Below are positions 7,780 through 16,573 of a stretch of DNA of 64,000 nt, piece after piece (position 1 is the first letter of the stretch; each line of letters starts with the position of its first letter). The DNA comes from Candidatus Woesearchaeota archaeon (GTDB taxonomy: Archaea; Nanobdellota; Nanobdellia; SCGC-AAA011-G17; UBA489), in the NCBI GenBank assembly GCA_964344635.1, contig CAYFOE010000001.1, forward strand, positions 4,101-68,100. Reading direction: 5' to 3'. Position numbers and translations under genes: made by a program. Below the pieces are notes generated by a model that was not told the DNA's origin, made no database searches, and was given only the letters and a program-made list of their open reading frames with translations.

Positions 7780-9600
7780 TCAGATGTAATAATATTGTCC
7801 CTTCGAACGTTGTTCCTTATCCAACTGACTATTCGGTTTGTTAATCCTTGCACGATTCGTATCCTTATCTTTCCTATAAGTAATTTCTAAAGCCTTCAAA
7901 ATTAAATTCATACCCTCTTCCTTTTCACAAGGCCCTATAACCGTACCCTCCTTTCCAGGCTCACCTTCAAAGACTAACATCTTATCACCCAAATACTCTA
8001 TAAATTGCACATCATGATCTACCACAGCACAAGCCACATTTTTCTTTTGAGTAAACTCCTTGATAACCTCTGCAAGATTAATACGATCCTCAATATCTAT
8101 GAACGCAGAAGGTTCATCTAGAACCACCAAATCAGACTTTCCACTTAAACACCCTGCTACAAATACCTTCTGGAGTTCCCCACCTGAAAGATTCTTTAGA
8201 TTAGACTGCATTAACGACTGAATGTTTAACTTTTCCATAATGTTTTGTTGATACCACCCAGAATTCATTTCATCACCTGCATGTTCCCTCAAGTATTCTT
8301 CCACAGTCTTATCTTTAGGAGCAGGATACTGCGGTTTGTAAGAAATTTTAATGTCCTCTTCCGTAAGTTTGATCTCTCCAGAATCCGCCTTTAACCTATT
8401 TGAGATTAAGTTCAGGAATGTAGATTTACCCAACCCATTCGAACCCATGATTGCTAAAACCTCACCACGCTTGATAGATCCCCCCTTCACAGTTAAAGAG
8501 AATTTTTCAAAAGATTTCTTTAGATCCTTATAAGAAACCAACGTTTCCGCATTAGGATCAGGTGTCCAGATAGATCTTGAGAACTTAATCGGATAAGACC
8601 TAAACCTCACATTATCTTCAGGAAGGTAACCCTCCAAATAATCATTAATTCCATTCCTCGCACCCTTAGAAATAGATAAAACCCCATAACATGCACGTTC
8701 ACCATAAATTATTTGAATTTCGTCAGAAATATAATCCAGAGTTGCAATATCGTGTTCGATAACCATCACCGCAGTATTCTCATCCTTTAATGACTGAATT
8801 ATTCTTGCAACCTTAATCCTTGAAGTAATATCTAAGAAGGACGAAGGTTCATCGAAGTAATAAATATCTGCCTTTTTTAGACAAGTGGCAATGATTGCTA
8901 CTTTTTGAAGCTCTCCACCAGAAAGTTCTGAAAGTTTATTGTTGATTGAATTAGATAAATCCAATTCATTAACCAACTCTGTCAGCATTCCCCTTTCATC
9001 AATTTTTTGCAATAACTCTATTGCAGTCCCATCAAACATTTTAGGAAGCAATTCAATCCTTTGAGACTTATAAGAAATCTTTAATTTTTTATGGATTAAA
9101 TCCTTCAAATATTTCCCCATTACTGAATTCGAATATCTTGTTATTATCGATTGGCAAAGTAATTCTTTATTCTCATCAGAATCCTCTAAATTAAAATCAC
9201 CCAAATTAGGAATAAACTCACCTGAAAGAATCTTAAACGCAGTCGACTTACCAATACCGTTCCTCCCTATAATCCCTACAACCGAACCCTTCTTAATAGC
9301 AGGCAAGTTAAACAATTCAAAAGAGTTTTTTCCAAACCTATGGATAGGTTCATCAGTCAATTTTTCCGGTAGATTAATAATATGAATTGCACCAAAAGGA
9401 CACCTCTTTGGACAAATCCCGCACCCATTGCACAACTTCTCATCAATAACCGCCTTCTTAGTTATAGGGTTTTTCGTAATACAATCTGAGCCTTCCCGAT
9501 TAATAGGGCATAGCCTTGCGCATAAAAGGTTGCCACATTTGTCAGGATGGCATTTATCCTGCTCTATAATCGCAATTCTATTAGCCATAATTTTCCACAT
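7780..9600 (-). CDS. abcE1: ABCE1 / RNase L inhibitor-like ribosome recycling ATPase (2x 4Fe-4S + two ABC domains)
   Basis: N-terminal CxxCxxxCP ferredoxin motifs, two Walker A sites (GRNGIGKST, GSNGLGKST) and two LSGGE signatures. True start probably Met5 (MANRIAII). Confidence 0.9.
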   Translation of the reverse strand: MWKIMANRIAIIEQDKCHPDKCGNLLCARLCPINREGSDCITKNPITKKAVIDEKLCNGCGICPKRCPFGAIHIINLPEKLTDEPIHRFGKNSFELFNLPAIKKGSVVGIIGRNGIGKSTAFKILSGEFIPNLGDFNLEDSDENKELLCQSIITRYSNSVMGKYLKDLIHKKLKISYKSQRIELLPKMFDGTAIELLQKIDERGMLTELVNELDLSNSINNKLSELSGGELQKVAIIATCLKKADIYYFDEPSSFLDITSRIKVARIIQSLKDENTAVMVIEHDIATLDYISDEIQIIYGERACYGVLSISKGARNGINDYLEGYLPEDNVRFRSYPIKFSRSIWTPDPNAETLVSYKDLKKSFEKFSLTVKGGSIKRGEVLAIMGSNGLGKSTFLNLISNRLKADSGEIKLTEEDIKISYKPQYPAPKDKTVEEYLREHAGDEMNSGWYQQNIMEKLNIQSLMQSNLKNLSGGELQKVFVAGCLSGKSDLVVLDEPSAFIDIEDRINLAEVIKEFTQKKNVACAVVDHDVQFIEYLGDKMLVFEGEPGKEGTVIGPCEKEEGMNLILKALEITYRKDKDTNRARINKPNSQLDKEQRSKGQYYYI

Positions 9601-9660
9601 TTATGAGTGTTTAAATAACTTGTTAGTAAGCCTTATAATCCGAAATTTGGTAATTTAAGC

Positions 9661-10089
9661 ATGGCAAATTTAAGAAAATTCGTAGGAGCTAGAGACGATG
9701 GAACAGACAGGCTAGTTGAGAGACTTAGGTCTGCACACATGTTTAATCCATCTTCAACTGTGACCGCACGCAGAGGAAGTCCGCTAGCAGAAAGAGTTAA
9801 TGTTGTCAAATACAACAAATTAGTGATAAAGAACTCCTTAGAAACACTAGGACTCAGAACCACAAGAGACGCACTCGACATATACACTCCAGAAATTCCT
9901 AGAATTATTGAAAAAACAACAGGTAGGCTTCCAGGAACAGTAGGATTCGACCCTCAAGAAGACATCGATTGTGCAAACAATTACTTTGTAAGATTTGTCG
10001 GACACCTTGAAAGAAATGACCTATCACCAAAAGAAGGAATTGAAGGGTTTGTTGAAAGTTTAGAATTAGACAGTCCCTACATGCCATAA
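9661..10089 (+). CDS. hypothetical protein (142 aa)
   Basis: ORF diverging from the abcE1 promoter region; no recognisable motif. Confidence 0.4.
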   Translation: MANLRKFVGARDDGTDRLVERLRSAHMFNPSSTVTARRGSPLAERVNVVKYNKLVIKNSLETLGLRTTRDALDIYTPEIPRIIEKTTGRLPGTVGFDPQEDIDCANNYFVRFVGHLERNDLSPKEGIEGFVESLELDSPYMP

Positions 10090-10454
10090 TGATTTCTGAG
10101 ATGCTTTAGAGTTTCTCTTTTCACACCGAACGGAATTAAACAGGCATTATTTGAAGAATCATGAGCTAACGTTTTGTAAAAACCCCTAATCCGATCACTA
10201 GTTAACTCTTCAAAATGAATCGTGTATTCATGCGCTAAACCCTTACCCACAACACCATTAAATGCTTGAGAGATTAAACCATAATTTCTAAGATCCCTAT
10301 TACCAAGATGTCTACTACTAAAAGATTTCATACCCTTTACGTCATCATTCAAGATTAACTCTAAGAACTCTTCTCCACGCCTTCTGCCTATCTCTAAACG
10401 AGTCCTATCAAGTAAGCATCGCGAAGTTTCTTGAGCCGATTTTGAACCTTTCAT
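10077..10454 (-). CDS. hypothetical protein (125 aa)
   Basis: ORF convergent with the previous gene; archaeal TATA-like TTTATATA about 40 bp upstream of the neighbouring plus-strand gene. Confidence 0.4.
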   Translation of the reverse strand: MKGSKSAQETSRCLLDRTRLEIGRRRGEEFLELILNDDVKGMKSFSSRHLGNRDLRNYGLISQAFNGVVGKGLAHEYTIHFEELTSDRIRGFYKTLAHDSSNNACLIPFGVKRETLKHLRNHYGM

Positions 10455-10540
10455 TTTTTATTGGCCAACTTAATGGCTTTAAAAAACTTAGCATAGGAAT
10501 ATTTATATACTGCAATATATAGTTTTAGCAATGTATTAAC

Positions 10541-10969
10541 ATGGCTGAAAACACGCTAGAAAGACAGATCGGAACCATAAACAGACTAAGAAGAGACTAT
10601 GAACTAGTCATTGCTTCAGACGTCTGGGAAAGAAAAGTTCCTAGAAGTTTACCCATCAGAAAAGACACATTAGTAACCAGATCCTTTCCAGAAGAAGTCA
10701 TAGAAAGAGTAATGGAAAAACATGGCGTTGAAATTACCGAAACAGTCTTAGATTATACCACCTCAATGGTTGGAAAACTAACATCTAGGATTTACAGCAC
10801 AGAAGAGATTCATAACGCATTAGTGAACTTTGTCCCAATGGCCTCTAAACAATTAGAAGAAAATCCTAACTTAGATCCCTGCGACATCCTAGATGAACTA
10901 AGCGAGGATTATGCAAAAAACCTTGACCAAGCATGGACTATTCCAGAGGCTAAAGATTTTATACAATGA
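10541..10969 (+). CDS. hypothetical protein (142 aa), first gene of a coupled pair
   Basis: ORF; stop overlaps the next start (ATGA); TTTATATACT promoter-like element at about 10500. Confidence 0.4.
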   Translation: MAENTLERQIGTINRLRRDYELVIASDVWERKVPRSLPIRKDTLVTRSFPEEVIERVMEKHGVEITETVLDYTTSMVGKLTSRIYSTEEIHNALVNFVPMASKQLEENPNLDPCDILDELSEDYAKNLDQAWTIPEAKDFIQ

Positions 10970-11355
10970 CAAACGAAATAAGTAGGGACGATTGTTTAAG
11001 GTTAAGAGTTGGCAGTGGGAAAAACCTAGATGAATTTTTAGAATACCTTGGTGAAAACCACCCAGGCATTAATATAACCCTCTTAAGATTAAAAGACGAA
11101 GGGAGAAATTCTGCCGGCGTTTTTGATGCTTTCTTCTACAAAGACGACGGGAAAAGAGAATTAGAAACATTCGATAAAGAATTTGTTAATGAAGGTGGAG
11201 CTTACCTGATTAACACCACACCACAACAACTAATTAGTTTTAATACTCGAGATGAAGTTATAGGAAGAAAAATAGGAAAAACTGCCTCCCTCACCGCATT
11301 CAAATTTTTGTATGATAGATTGCAATCCGCAAGAGAAGACTCTATGATGCAATGA
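10966..11355 (+). CDS. hypothetical protein (129 aa), translationally coupled to the upstream gene
   Basis: 4-nt start/stop overlap with the previous ORF. Confidence 0.4.
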   Translation: MTNEISRDDCLRLRVGSGKNLDEFLEYLGENHPGINITLLRLKDEGRNSAGVFDAFFYKDDGKRELETFDKEFVNEGGAYLINTTPQQLISFNTRDEVIGRKIGKTASLTAFKFLYDRLQSAREDSMMQ

Positions 11356-11362
11356 TGAAAGA

Positions 11363-11677
11363 CTAAATGTTTTCGTTCAACCAACTCATTAAAGCATCCT
11401 CATCTTTAAAACCCAGACTTTCTGAAACCGGTGCCGATTGTTTTAAGATCATAACCGTTGGAACCGACTGAATTGCATATTCTGCAAAGATTTCTTGATT
11501 ATCCTCTAATTTTATTTTAAAGAAATCTGCCTTATCCTTCAATTTTTCAGAAACTGAATCAAAGACAGGAGCCAACATTTTACATGGCGGACAAGTTTCG
11601 CTATAGAAATCAACAACGGTGGTTCTTGGGTTGTTGTGTACCTTTTCTTGAAAATTAGATTTTGATAATTCTTCCAT
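11363..11677 (-). CDS. trxA: thioredoxin (CPPC active site)
   Basis: TVVDFYSETCPPCKMLAPVFDSVSEKL...SVPTVMILK thioredoxin fold signature. Start moved to Met26 (ATG 11675-11677), giving a typical 104-aa thioredoxin. Confidence 0.8.
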   Translation of the reverse strand: MEELSKSNFQEKVHNNPRTTVVDFYSETCPPCKMLAPVFDSVSEKLKDKADFFKIKLEDNQEIFAEYAIQSVPTVMILKQSAPVSESLGFKDEDALMSWLNENI

Positions 11678-11761
11678 TTTCCTATTCTGATTTAATTTAT
11701 TATTTAAATCTTTTGAAGAAATGTGCGAAAAATATATATTTTTCAAAAACATTAGAATTTT

Positions 11762-12058
11762 ATGAAAAAAATACTTATCTTAGGGACAATATTATTATTT
11801 GTCTTTAGTTTATCAGTCTCTGCAGGAACATTTAGAGGACACAACCATCATGGTGTTTACGGCCAAGGACATTATTCTAACGGAGAAGTATGGGGCTGGA
11901 CAAACAGCGGAAGAGCTATTTCCGGAACCTATGATAACGGACACTTTAGCGGAACCATAGGAAACAAATTTGTTTCAGGCAGTTATTTCAACGGACATTA
12001 TTCTGGAAATGCCTATGGCGCAAGACACCCATACTTCCACGGACATTACTGGCGCTAA
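11762..12058 (+). CDS. small secreted His/Gly/Tyr-rich repeat protein (signal peptide + NGH[YF]SG repeats)
   Basis: MKKILILGTILLFVFSLSVSA signal peptide followed by repeated GHYSNG / NGHFSG / NGHYSGN units. Confidence 0.5.
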   Translation: MKKILILGTILLFVFSLSVSAGTFRGHNHHGVYGQGHYSNGEVWGWTNSGRAISGTYDNGHFSGTIGNKFVSGSYFNGHYSGNAYGARHPYFHGHYWR

Positions 12059-12109
12059 AGAAAACATTTATATAAATATCAGATTTATAAATAAACGAGG
12101 TGATTATTT

Positions 12110-12295
12110 TTGGAAGACCAAGGATTGTGCTGTAAATTTAAGTGCAGTTGTTGTTCAAAAGAATTAGAATTGCCCCTATGCTGTAACAAGGAATCAATAC
12201 AGATAATGGACAACAAAGTTTATTGTGGACTTTGTGGATCAAAAAAAATAATTCCCGCATGTTGTGGCGAAGTAAAATTCGAAGGAATAGAATAA
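12110..12295 (+). CDS. cysteine-rich mini-protein (61 aa, 12 Cys), translationally coupled to the M42 peptidase
   Basis: MEDQGLCCKFKCSCCSKELELPLCCNK...CGLCGSKKIIPACCGE; stop TAA (12293-12295) overlaps the ATG of the downstream gene. Cys content is very atypical for a random ORF in AT-rich DNA. Confidence 0.35.
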   Translation: MEDQGLCCKFKCSCCSKELELPLCCNKESIQIMDNKVYCGLCGSKKIIPACCGEVKFEGIE

Positions 12296-13317
12296 TGGAC
12301 TTATTAAAAAAATTAACAGAAGCCCACGGACCCAGTGGCGATGAAGGGAAAATTAGAGACATAATTAAAAAAGAAATTAAACCCTATGTTGATGAATTAT
12401 ACAGAGACAAATTTGGCAACCTAATTGCAAGAAAAAAAGGAAAAGGAACCTCAGTTATGCTTGCAGCCCACATGGATGAAATAGGGTTAATGGTTAGATC
12501 AGTAGATGCTGACGGAAAAGTTTTCGTTTCAGCAGTCGGAGGGATTGAACCCACCACACTATTAGGCGAGAAAGTAAAAATAGTTGCTAAAAATAAAAAA
12601 GACATTTATGGAATTCTAACTAACAAAGAAATACAAGATGGTGCCGAGCTATCAGCACTCCCCATAATGGATGAACTTTATGTTGACGTAGGTATGAACG
12701 AAAAAGAAGTCAAGAGAGCAGGAATACAGACCGGAGACTATGTCCACTTAATGAAAAGCTATATGGAAATTTCAGACGGCAAACTGTTTACTGCTAAAGC
12801 TCTAGACGATAGAATCGGCTGTTATGCCTTATTAGAACTAGCTAAAAAATTGAAGAATGTAAAAAGTGAAGTTTACTACGTGTTCACCGTTCAAGAAGAA
12901 ATTGGACTCCACGGAGCAAAAACTTCACTATACTCCATAGACCCAGACTATGCAATCGTCTTTGACGTTACCGAAGCAGACGACGGAAGAAACCATGAAG
13001 GCCAAGGCAAATGTGTTGGGCACGGACCAGTAATTGTATACAAAGATGCTGAAATGATAACAAACAGGTGTTTGAATGATTGGTTCATGAACCTTGCCAA
13101 AAAACTAAAAATGGGAGTTCAACCAGACGTAGGAAGCTTTGGAACAACAGATGCATTAAGTGTTTCAGTATCCAGAGGAGGAATCCCTTGTACTGCAATA
13201 GGCGTTCCTGTAAGAAACATCCACACCACTACCAGCGTTGCAAGTAAACAAGACATTAAGGATGCAATTAAATTAATTACTGAATTGTTAAAAAACCCTC
13301 CAAAAGTTTGCCTATAA
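12295..13317 (+). CDS. M42 family metallo-aminopeptidase (FrvX/TET-like)
   Basis: MDLLKKLTEAHGPSGDEGKIRD...MLAAHMDEIGLMV...FTVQEEIGLHGAK are characteristic M42/TET motifs. Start trimmed to Met25 (ATG at 12295). Confidence 0.8.
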   Translation: MDLLKKLTEAHGPSGDEGKIRDIIKKEIKPYVDELYRDKFGNLIARKKGKGTSVMLAAHMDEIGLMVRSVDADGKVFVSAVGGIEPTTLLGEKVKIVAKNKKDIYGILTNKEIQDGAELSALPIMDELYVDVGMNEKEVKRAGIQTGDYVHLMKSYMEISDGKLFTAKALDDRIGCYALLELAKKLKNVKSEVYYVFTVQEEIGLHGAKTSLYSIDPDYAIVFDVTEADDGRNHEGQGKCVGHGPVIVYKDAEMITNRCLNDWFMNLAKKLKMGVQPDVGSFGTTDALSVSVSRGGIPCTAIGVPVRNIHTTTSVASKQDIKDAIKLITELLKNPPKVCL

Positions 13318-13334
13318 AAATTAAAATAAAAAAA

Positions 13335-13592
13335 TTAATCGGAATTCCTTTTAGTACGTTTGGGAATCCCGTAAATTTCTGTTTCGTAAAGATCTGTTGA
13401 TCTTAACATGATAGTTCTAATATTCATGCAACCCATACACTGGAACTCTGCTACCGGATACTCTTCTTCTAGCATGACATCAGTCATCCTATAATGTCTT
13501 TGTGGACCTCCACAATCTCTACACGACCTCATTACTTGATCGGGAACTAATCTTTCATTCATCTTAACCTCCTTTGATATGATAGATTTCAA
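13335..13592 (-). CDS. small zinc-ribbon protein (CxxC...CxxC), hypothetical
   Basis: CRDCGG ... CMGC pairs; 85-aa ORF downstream of rpl10e. Confidence 0.4.
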   Translation of the reverse strand: MKSIISKEVKMNERLVPDQVMRSCRDCGGPQRHYRMTDVMLEEEYPVAEFQCMGCMNIRTIMLRSTDLYETEIYGIPKRTKRNSD

Positions 13593-13800
13593 TTTATGTG
13601 TCTTACAGAATTAAGGCCCAAATCCTAGTTTGAAAAACAACCAAAGACTTGAGCCAGATTAGTTGAATTTTTTAGAAGTAATAGTCTTCACAGTAGTTGT
13701 CTTAATGCATAATCTAATTTGACTACTGTGCGCTTGCATAGAAGTGATAAGTAAAACTTTTATTTAAAGATATTGTTTAAGAAAAAAGAATATATTGTAT

Positions 13801-14325
13801 TTACTCTTTCAATTCTACAATGTTAATTGTAAAAGTACCAGGCAATCTAGGTGTTGCTTTCTTCAAAGCAGCCTTAGCATGATCAATGTTTTCCTTTTCA
13901 ACCTTAACTGAAAATACAGTTTGTTTCTTTTTAAGTCTCGCAGCAACCCCAGTAGGTGTACCGAATGCACGCTGCATTCCAGTCTGCATACGATCTGCCC
14001 CAGCACCGGTAAGCATTTTATTTTCCCTGATTACTTGGTGTGGATAAACGTTAAGCTTGAAATAATAATCTTGACCAATCAACCTCATCAAGTTCCTATT
14101 GATAATCTGCCTGCAACTCTCCAAAGCATTATGCCTAATTTGAATCGGATCCTTAACTGCTAATTCAACCTTAAAAGGGAAAACTTTAGACTTTTCACCC
14201 ATATCATACCTAATAACCTTGTTAGTAGGAACCGCCCTAATGTAGTTCTTCCTCCTATACTTACTCTTTCTAGTGTAAGCCCTTTTTACAGGAGTACAAC
14301 AATGTCCTCTTCTTAGTGTTGCCAT
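13801..14325 (-). CDS. rpl10e: 50S ribosomal protein L10e (uL16)
   Basis: Strong match to archaeal/eukaryotic L10e: RKNYIRAVP...YHQVIRENKMLTGAGADRMQTGMQ... Confidence 0.9.
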   Translation of the reverse strand: MATLRRGHCCTPVKRAYTRKSKYRRKNYIRAVPTNKVIRYDMGEKSKVFPFKVELAVKDPIQIRHNALESCRQIINRNLMRLIGQDYYFKLNVYPHQVIRENKMLTGAGADRMQTGMQRAFGTPTGVAARLKKKQTVFSVKVEKENIDHAKAALKKATPRLPGTFTINIVELKE

Positions 14326-14327
14326 TT

Positions 14328-14585
14328 TTAGTTAATAACTACCTTTTGACCAATCGCTTGACCAGGCATTCCCTTTTCAAATATTACTCTTAAAGCGCCC
14401 TTATTTCCATGCGCAGAAGCTACCTTACCATGAATCTCCTTACCAGAAGGCGATTTCCACGTAACCCCTTTATCCACTAAATCTTGAGCCTTTTCTCTGG
14501 TTGTCACATCTGGAGAAATAACAATCATATGGTTATTTGACTTTGTGTGCCTTCCTAGCCTAAAATTAGATATTAGAGCGTCCAT
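14328..14585 (-). CDS. rpl35ae: 50S ribosomal protein L35Ae (eL33)
   Basis: GKVASAHGNKGALRVIFEKGMPGQAIGQKVVI matches the L35Ae C-terminal signature; adjacent to rpl10e. Confidence 0.75.
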   Translation of the reverse strand: MDALISNFRLGRHTKSNNHMIVISPDVTTREKAQDLVDKGVTWKSPSGKEIHGKVASAHGNKGALRVIFEKGMPGQAIGQKVVIN

Positions 14586-14633
14586 TGTGGATAATTTTGG
14601 TAGATTTTGGTTTTTAAACTTTTCTTTTCTGGA

Positions 14634-16487
14634 TCAATTAGAAACTAAGATATGTACATCATCACCATAGATTCTTCTTAGATCTTCGAATAGAGGCTCT
14701 TTTATGAACACTCTAGAAGGCATCTTTGTTGAAGAAATAGCCTTTTCCAGCTCTTCTAGCGTACTTGCAGTGATTTTACCCAGAGAACCATCAGAATTTA
14801 ACTTAGCCTTAGTCACAGCCTTAGTTTTAGCATCAATATCTGCCACCATATAAGCCACATCTTCAAGTAAATACACATCTCCGAATTGGTCACCATATTT
14901 GACACGAACCTTTACACGATCAACTTCCTTCCCCCGTTCTCTCTGAACATGCATTAAGATTTTCTTCCTAAGCAAAGAAGACTCTCTCCTAATCTTTTCT
15001 AGCTCCTCTTTGGTTGTAGCCTTCTTAGCAGAACCAATCGTATTCTTTAATGAGTCTAAATCCGACATATTGAAATGCCTCTTCCTAACTAACTTTTCAA
15101 AATTCTTTAATAATTCTGATTTTGTCGTTGGAAGATTTTCCAATTTCATCAAATCAATTAATAAATTTGAAATGTTTTCTACAAGATCATTCATCTGTTT
15201 CTTCGTAGACTGTTTTTCTAACTTCTTTACAATTTCTTTTACAACCTTAAGATACTTAGAAACATTAGTCATGATCTTATCAACCTCAGTTCCAGTTACA
15301 TCCTTAACCTTACCATGTTCAATTCCCTTGTACAACTTGAACACATCCTTCAAGACATTTAACTCTGAAGGCTTCATCAACTTCTCTTTTTTTACAAAAA
15401 TATCATCCATCAATTGGATTGTTTCCTTAGGAGTTGAAGGCGGATAACCCTGAAGCATTAACGCCGATTGTGAAGGATTCAGCGCCGCATAATACAAGTC
15501 TTCAACAACGATCGTGATCAGTTTTCCCTTCGCACGGTCAACCATCCTTTCACCCACATCCATATGCATCTCAATAGCCTCAGGACTAGGCTTTATGCGC
15601 CCCATATTAAGCAATAATTTTTGAGGCATAAAAACGCCCCTATCATATAAAGGAATTCCATCCCTTAGGAATGTGAAGAATACAGGTGTGGCATCCCTAA
15701 TCCCATCCCAGAAATCCGTTAAAATATAAACTTGGATATGGAATATCTTCTTTACCCCAGCCATGCTAGAAGCCTCGTAACCCATGGACCTAATAATACT
15801 CATCAATTTATCCTTCAACTCTGCACGACTCATCCGTTTTACATCAGTATCATCAATTATAATCGCAACATCAATGTCATGGCTTGAAGCATCTCCACGA
15901 AACAAACTCCCAACAGCAACATAAGATACAATATATTTTTCAAATCTTTGAAGCACCATAGACTTATGAATCTCACTAACCTTAAGTGCACCAAGAACAT
16001 CCTTAGGATCATGAATATGTACACCCGATGCAAGAAGCTTTAGAACCTCATGTTTACTATCATAACACGCTTCCCTTAACTCAGACATAAGCATACACTG
16101 CGTTCTGATTAACTTATCAACATCTTCCGCAGACTTCTTTAAGAACTCTTCAGTCTTTTTGATCAACTCTATTTTTTCTTGAGTGTTTTTTGTATCTTGA
16201 TCATCCACCAGTATTAACACATTAATTTTTTGTTGCTCTTCCTTCAGCCTTTCTTTCAGTTCTTTCTCATTTAATTTTTCAGCCCTCAACCTATTCACTG
16301 TGTCTTCAAATCTTTCAGGCGGGAGAATACAGATCCCAATGGTTTTGTTATCTTTTTTAGATAAAATTTTTTTCTTGAAAGCTTCAACCTTAGACTTCAT
16401 TTGCTCGAACTTCTTTTTGAGTTCCTCCTGAGCCTTCTTATCCATTTCAGGACCTTGAGAATTATTCAAGTTGTTATCTGTAACCAT
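14634..16487 (-). CDS. large coiled-coil protein with a Pol-beta-superfamily nucleotidyltransferase core (617 aa)
   Basis: AVGSLFRGDASSHDIDVAIIID fits the GS-x(9-13)-DxD nucleotidyltransferase motif; N-terminal about 190 aa is Lys/Glu-rich coiled coil. Confidence 0.5.
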   Translation of the reverse strand: MVTDNNLNNSQGPEMDKKAQEELKKKFEQMKSKVEAFKKKILSKKDNKTIGICILPPERFEDTVNRLRAEKLNEKELKERLKEEQQKINVLILVDDQDTKNTQEKIELIKKTEEFLKKSAEDVDKLIRTQCMLMSELREACYDSKHEVLKLLASGVHIHDPKDVLGALKVSEIHKSMVLQRFEKYIVSYVAVGSLFRGDASSHDIDVAIIIDDTDVKRMSRAELKDKLMSIIRSMGYEASSMAGVKKIFHIQVYILTDFWDGIRDATPVFFTFLRDGIPLYDRGVFMPQKLLLNMGRIKPSPEAIEMHMDVGERMVDRAKGKLITIVVEDLYYAALNPSQSALMLQGYPPSTPKETIQLMDDIFVKKEKLMKPSELNVLKDVFKLYKGIEHGKVKDVTGTEVDKIMTNVSKYLKVVKEIVKKLEKQSTKKQMNDLVENISNLLIDLMKLENLPTTKSELLKNFEKLVRKRHFNMSDLDSLKNTIGSAKKATTKEELEKIRRESSLLRKKILMHVQRERGKEVDRVKVRVKYGDQFGDVYLLEDVAYMVADIDAKTKAVTKAKLNSDGSLGKITASTLEELEKAISSTKMPSRVFIKEPLFEDLRRIYGDDVHILVSN

Positions 16488-16573
16488 ATTTATAAGTCCT
16501 CCAAGATTGTTTATAAATCTTAGGGTGTTTTTCAGGTAAATCTTAAAAAGCTAGTTTTTGGAGATTTAAGGTA

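Noticed and set aside
11970-12362. ORFs 11970..12167 (+) and 12138..12362 (-) overlapping the GHY-rich, Cys-rich and peptidase genes
   Set aside because: Alternative-frame or antisense to better-supported ORFs; no motifs.
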